Assembly (NCBI GenBank): GCA_039621445.1
Contig: CP154954.1
Location: forward strand, 15,209,805 to 15,273,804
Length of the DNA stretch: 64,000 bases
DNA from: Euglena gracilis
Lineage: Eukaryota
Direction of reading: 5' to 3'
Both the position numbers and the translations under genes were made by a program. The notes below the pieces were generated by a model, which searched no databases, was not told the DNA's origin, and saw only the letters and a program-made list of their open reading frames with translations. Shown piece by piece: positions 62,296-64,000 of this stretch (positions are counted from its first letter, which is position 1; every line of letters begins with the position of its first letter).

Positions 62296-62796
62296 ACCAA
62301 GCACCTCTGGTCAGCCATGCCCTTGGGCCCAGCATCGCCCAGCATCGCCCAGCATCGCCCAGCATCGCCCAGCATCGCCTTTGGAGCCCTTGAAGGTGTA
62401 CCTATAATGCCTGCTGCTTTTGCTCTAGCCCACTTTTGGCTACTTTTGGTCACCTTTGGTTGCTTTTTGCCCACTTTGACCACTTTTGACTGCTTTTTGA
62501 CCACGTTTGCCCACGTTTGCTGCCTTTTGACCAATTTTGACTGCTTCTTGACCACTTTTGCTGCTTTTTGCCCACTTTTGCCCATTTACAACCACCTTGC
62601 ATCTTTTTGATCACTTTTGCTGCTTTTTGACCCATAATGGCCAAAATGGATGTAAAACTGGAGCTTTGTGGGAAAATTATCCCAAAAGTGGTTCAATTCT
62701 CCAAAATATATGCAAAAAAATGCCAGCATCGCCCAGCATCGCCCAGCATCGCCCTGCATCGCCCAGCATCGCCCAGCATCATCAGAGGTGCTTGGT
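62296..62796. mobile_element. MITE-like element with 10-bp CCCAGCATCG arrays
   Basis: ACCAAGCACCTCTG / CAGAGGTGCTTGGT inverted repeat. CCCAGCATCG arrays at ~62328-62378 and ~62723-62780. Confidence 0.5.
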
Positions 62797-64000
62797 TGCC
62801 ACGACCCTTGTTTGGGGAGGGGATGTAGTTTGGGTTCATTTTTCAAAAAAAAATCTAAAATTTTCCCCAGCCAGCATCCCCATTCTCCCAGAATTGGTGG
62901 CAATGCTGTGGGGGCGAGTCGACCCACCTCCCCCCCCCCACCTCCCGGGTGGGGTCGACCCCCTCTCAAGAGGCTTTCCCGTTCTGCCCTGGGGGGGGGG
63001 GGGGGGAACCTGGTGGGGCCCTTGCCCCGGTGTCCCGATAACTTTGGGGGCAAGAAGAGAGAAAGACAGTTCCTACCCTAGCACCCCCAAGGCAAAACCT
63101 CGAAAGTTGTGCCCCAATAACCTGGCAGGGGGCAAGGTGAAAAGAATGATTCCATAATTGAGCACCACGCCACATTATTTATTATTTGTCAGAAGACCCC
63201 CCCCCCCGGGAGGGTGAGTGGTGGGTCGACCCTCCAGGCCGGAGGCCCGGGTTTGGGTTTCGGCGCAAAGCGCCGACAATTTTTTGGGTGGCCCGATTTT
63301 GGGTGGTCCCCCCCAGGGGGATCTGGAAACCACGTTTTCCCCCCCAAAAAAACTCAAAAAATTCAGGTTTAAAAATTGGTAGTTTTTAGGAGGGGGGTGA
63401 AAAAAACGAAAGTCAAAAACATTGGACCAAATTTTGGCACAGTCAAATTTTTCTGACATTTTTTTCCTGGGAATTTTTTGGATTTTCAATGGCATTTTTT
63501 TTGCTTCAAAAACCTCTCGAAATCAAAATTTTGAGAAAATGTTGAAATGGAAGCTGTAGAAAAATGGGGTTCTGGGGTACCTCCTATATGGTCCCAAAAT
63601 GGATCAAAAAATGCTGAAATGGGTCAAAAAAAAACACCCGGCGCCAAAGGCACCGGGAAAAATTGTGGGGGTACAAAAATTGGTGCTCCCGGAAATACGG
63701 GAAGAGGTGATAGGGGGGGGGGTCGACCCCCCCACCCACCACCCTGGCTGTTTGGCCGCTTCCCGTTCTGCCCTGCCCCCCCCCCTCCTGAAGGTATGCT
63801 TAGAGTCCGGGCTGGTTCCAATCAGACTTCTTTCATACCCCCCTGGCCGGGGATTTTGGCTGCCCAAATAATATACCCCCCCCACCACACCCCAGAGAGG
63901 GAAATCGAGAAAGGCAGAAAATGCTCAATTTCTGTCCAAAAACATTTTGGCAAGAATGACCGGAACCAAAAATTTATGGCAACACCGATGTCAAAAATGA

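Overview
This is repeat-rich eukaryotic genomic DNA. It is probably from a euglenid-like protist, inferred from putative non-GT-AG intron ends alongside conventional introns. The first 28.4 kb holds two full-length Ty3/Gypsy chromovirus-type LTR retrotransposons from different families, both on the + strand and 415 bp apart. Element A spans 1509-13357 (~850-bp LTRs, TSD TGCG) and is decayed. Element B spans 13773-28362 (~1.3-kb near-identical LTRs, TSD CTTG). Both sit inside an older repeat rich in TTTGCGCAAA palindromes. The main result is that both elements carry a tandem C5-cytosine methyltransferase plus N6-adenine-type (NPPF/NPPW) methyltransferase cassette in pol, together with an integrase-chromodomain. 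The cassette lies between protease and RT in B, but upstream of the protease in A. In A the C5-MTase is hidden on the minus strand inside a 1.3-kb inversion. Other unusual traits are an in-frame UAG between gag and pol followed by a stem-loop, a very long Gag N-terminal extension (PAQ repeats, coiled coil), CX2CX8HX4C zinc knuckles and duplicated PBS-like motifs. The remaining 35 kb is intron-like host DNA with scattered GC-rich minus-strand putative exons, a 2.6-kb TIR element with a 5-bp TSD, several MITE-like elements, a 19-bp palindromic minisatellite and a ~5-kb pentamer satellite block. Many frameshifts may be consensus errors. All domain calls are by-eye motif recognition, not database searches.
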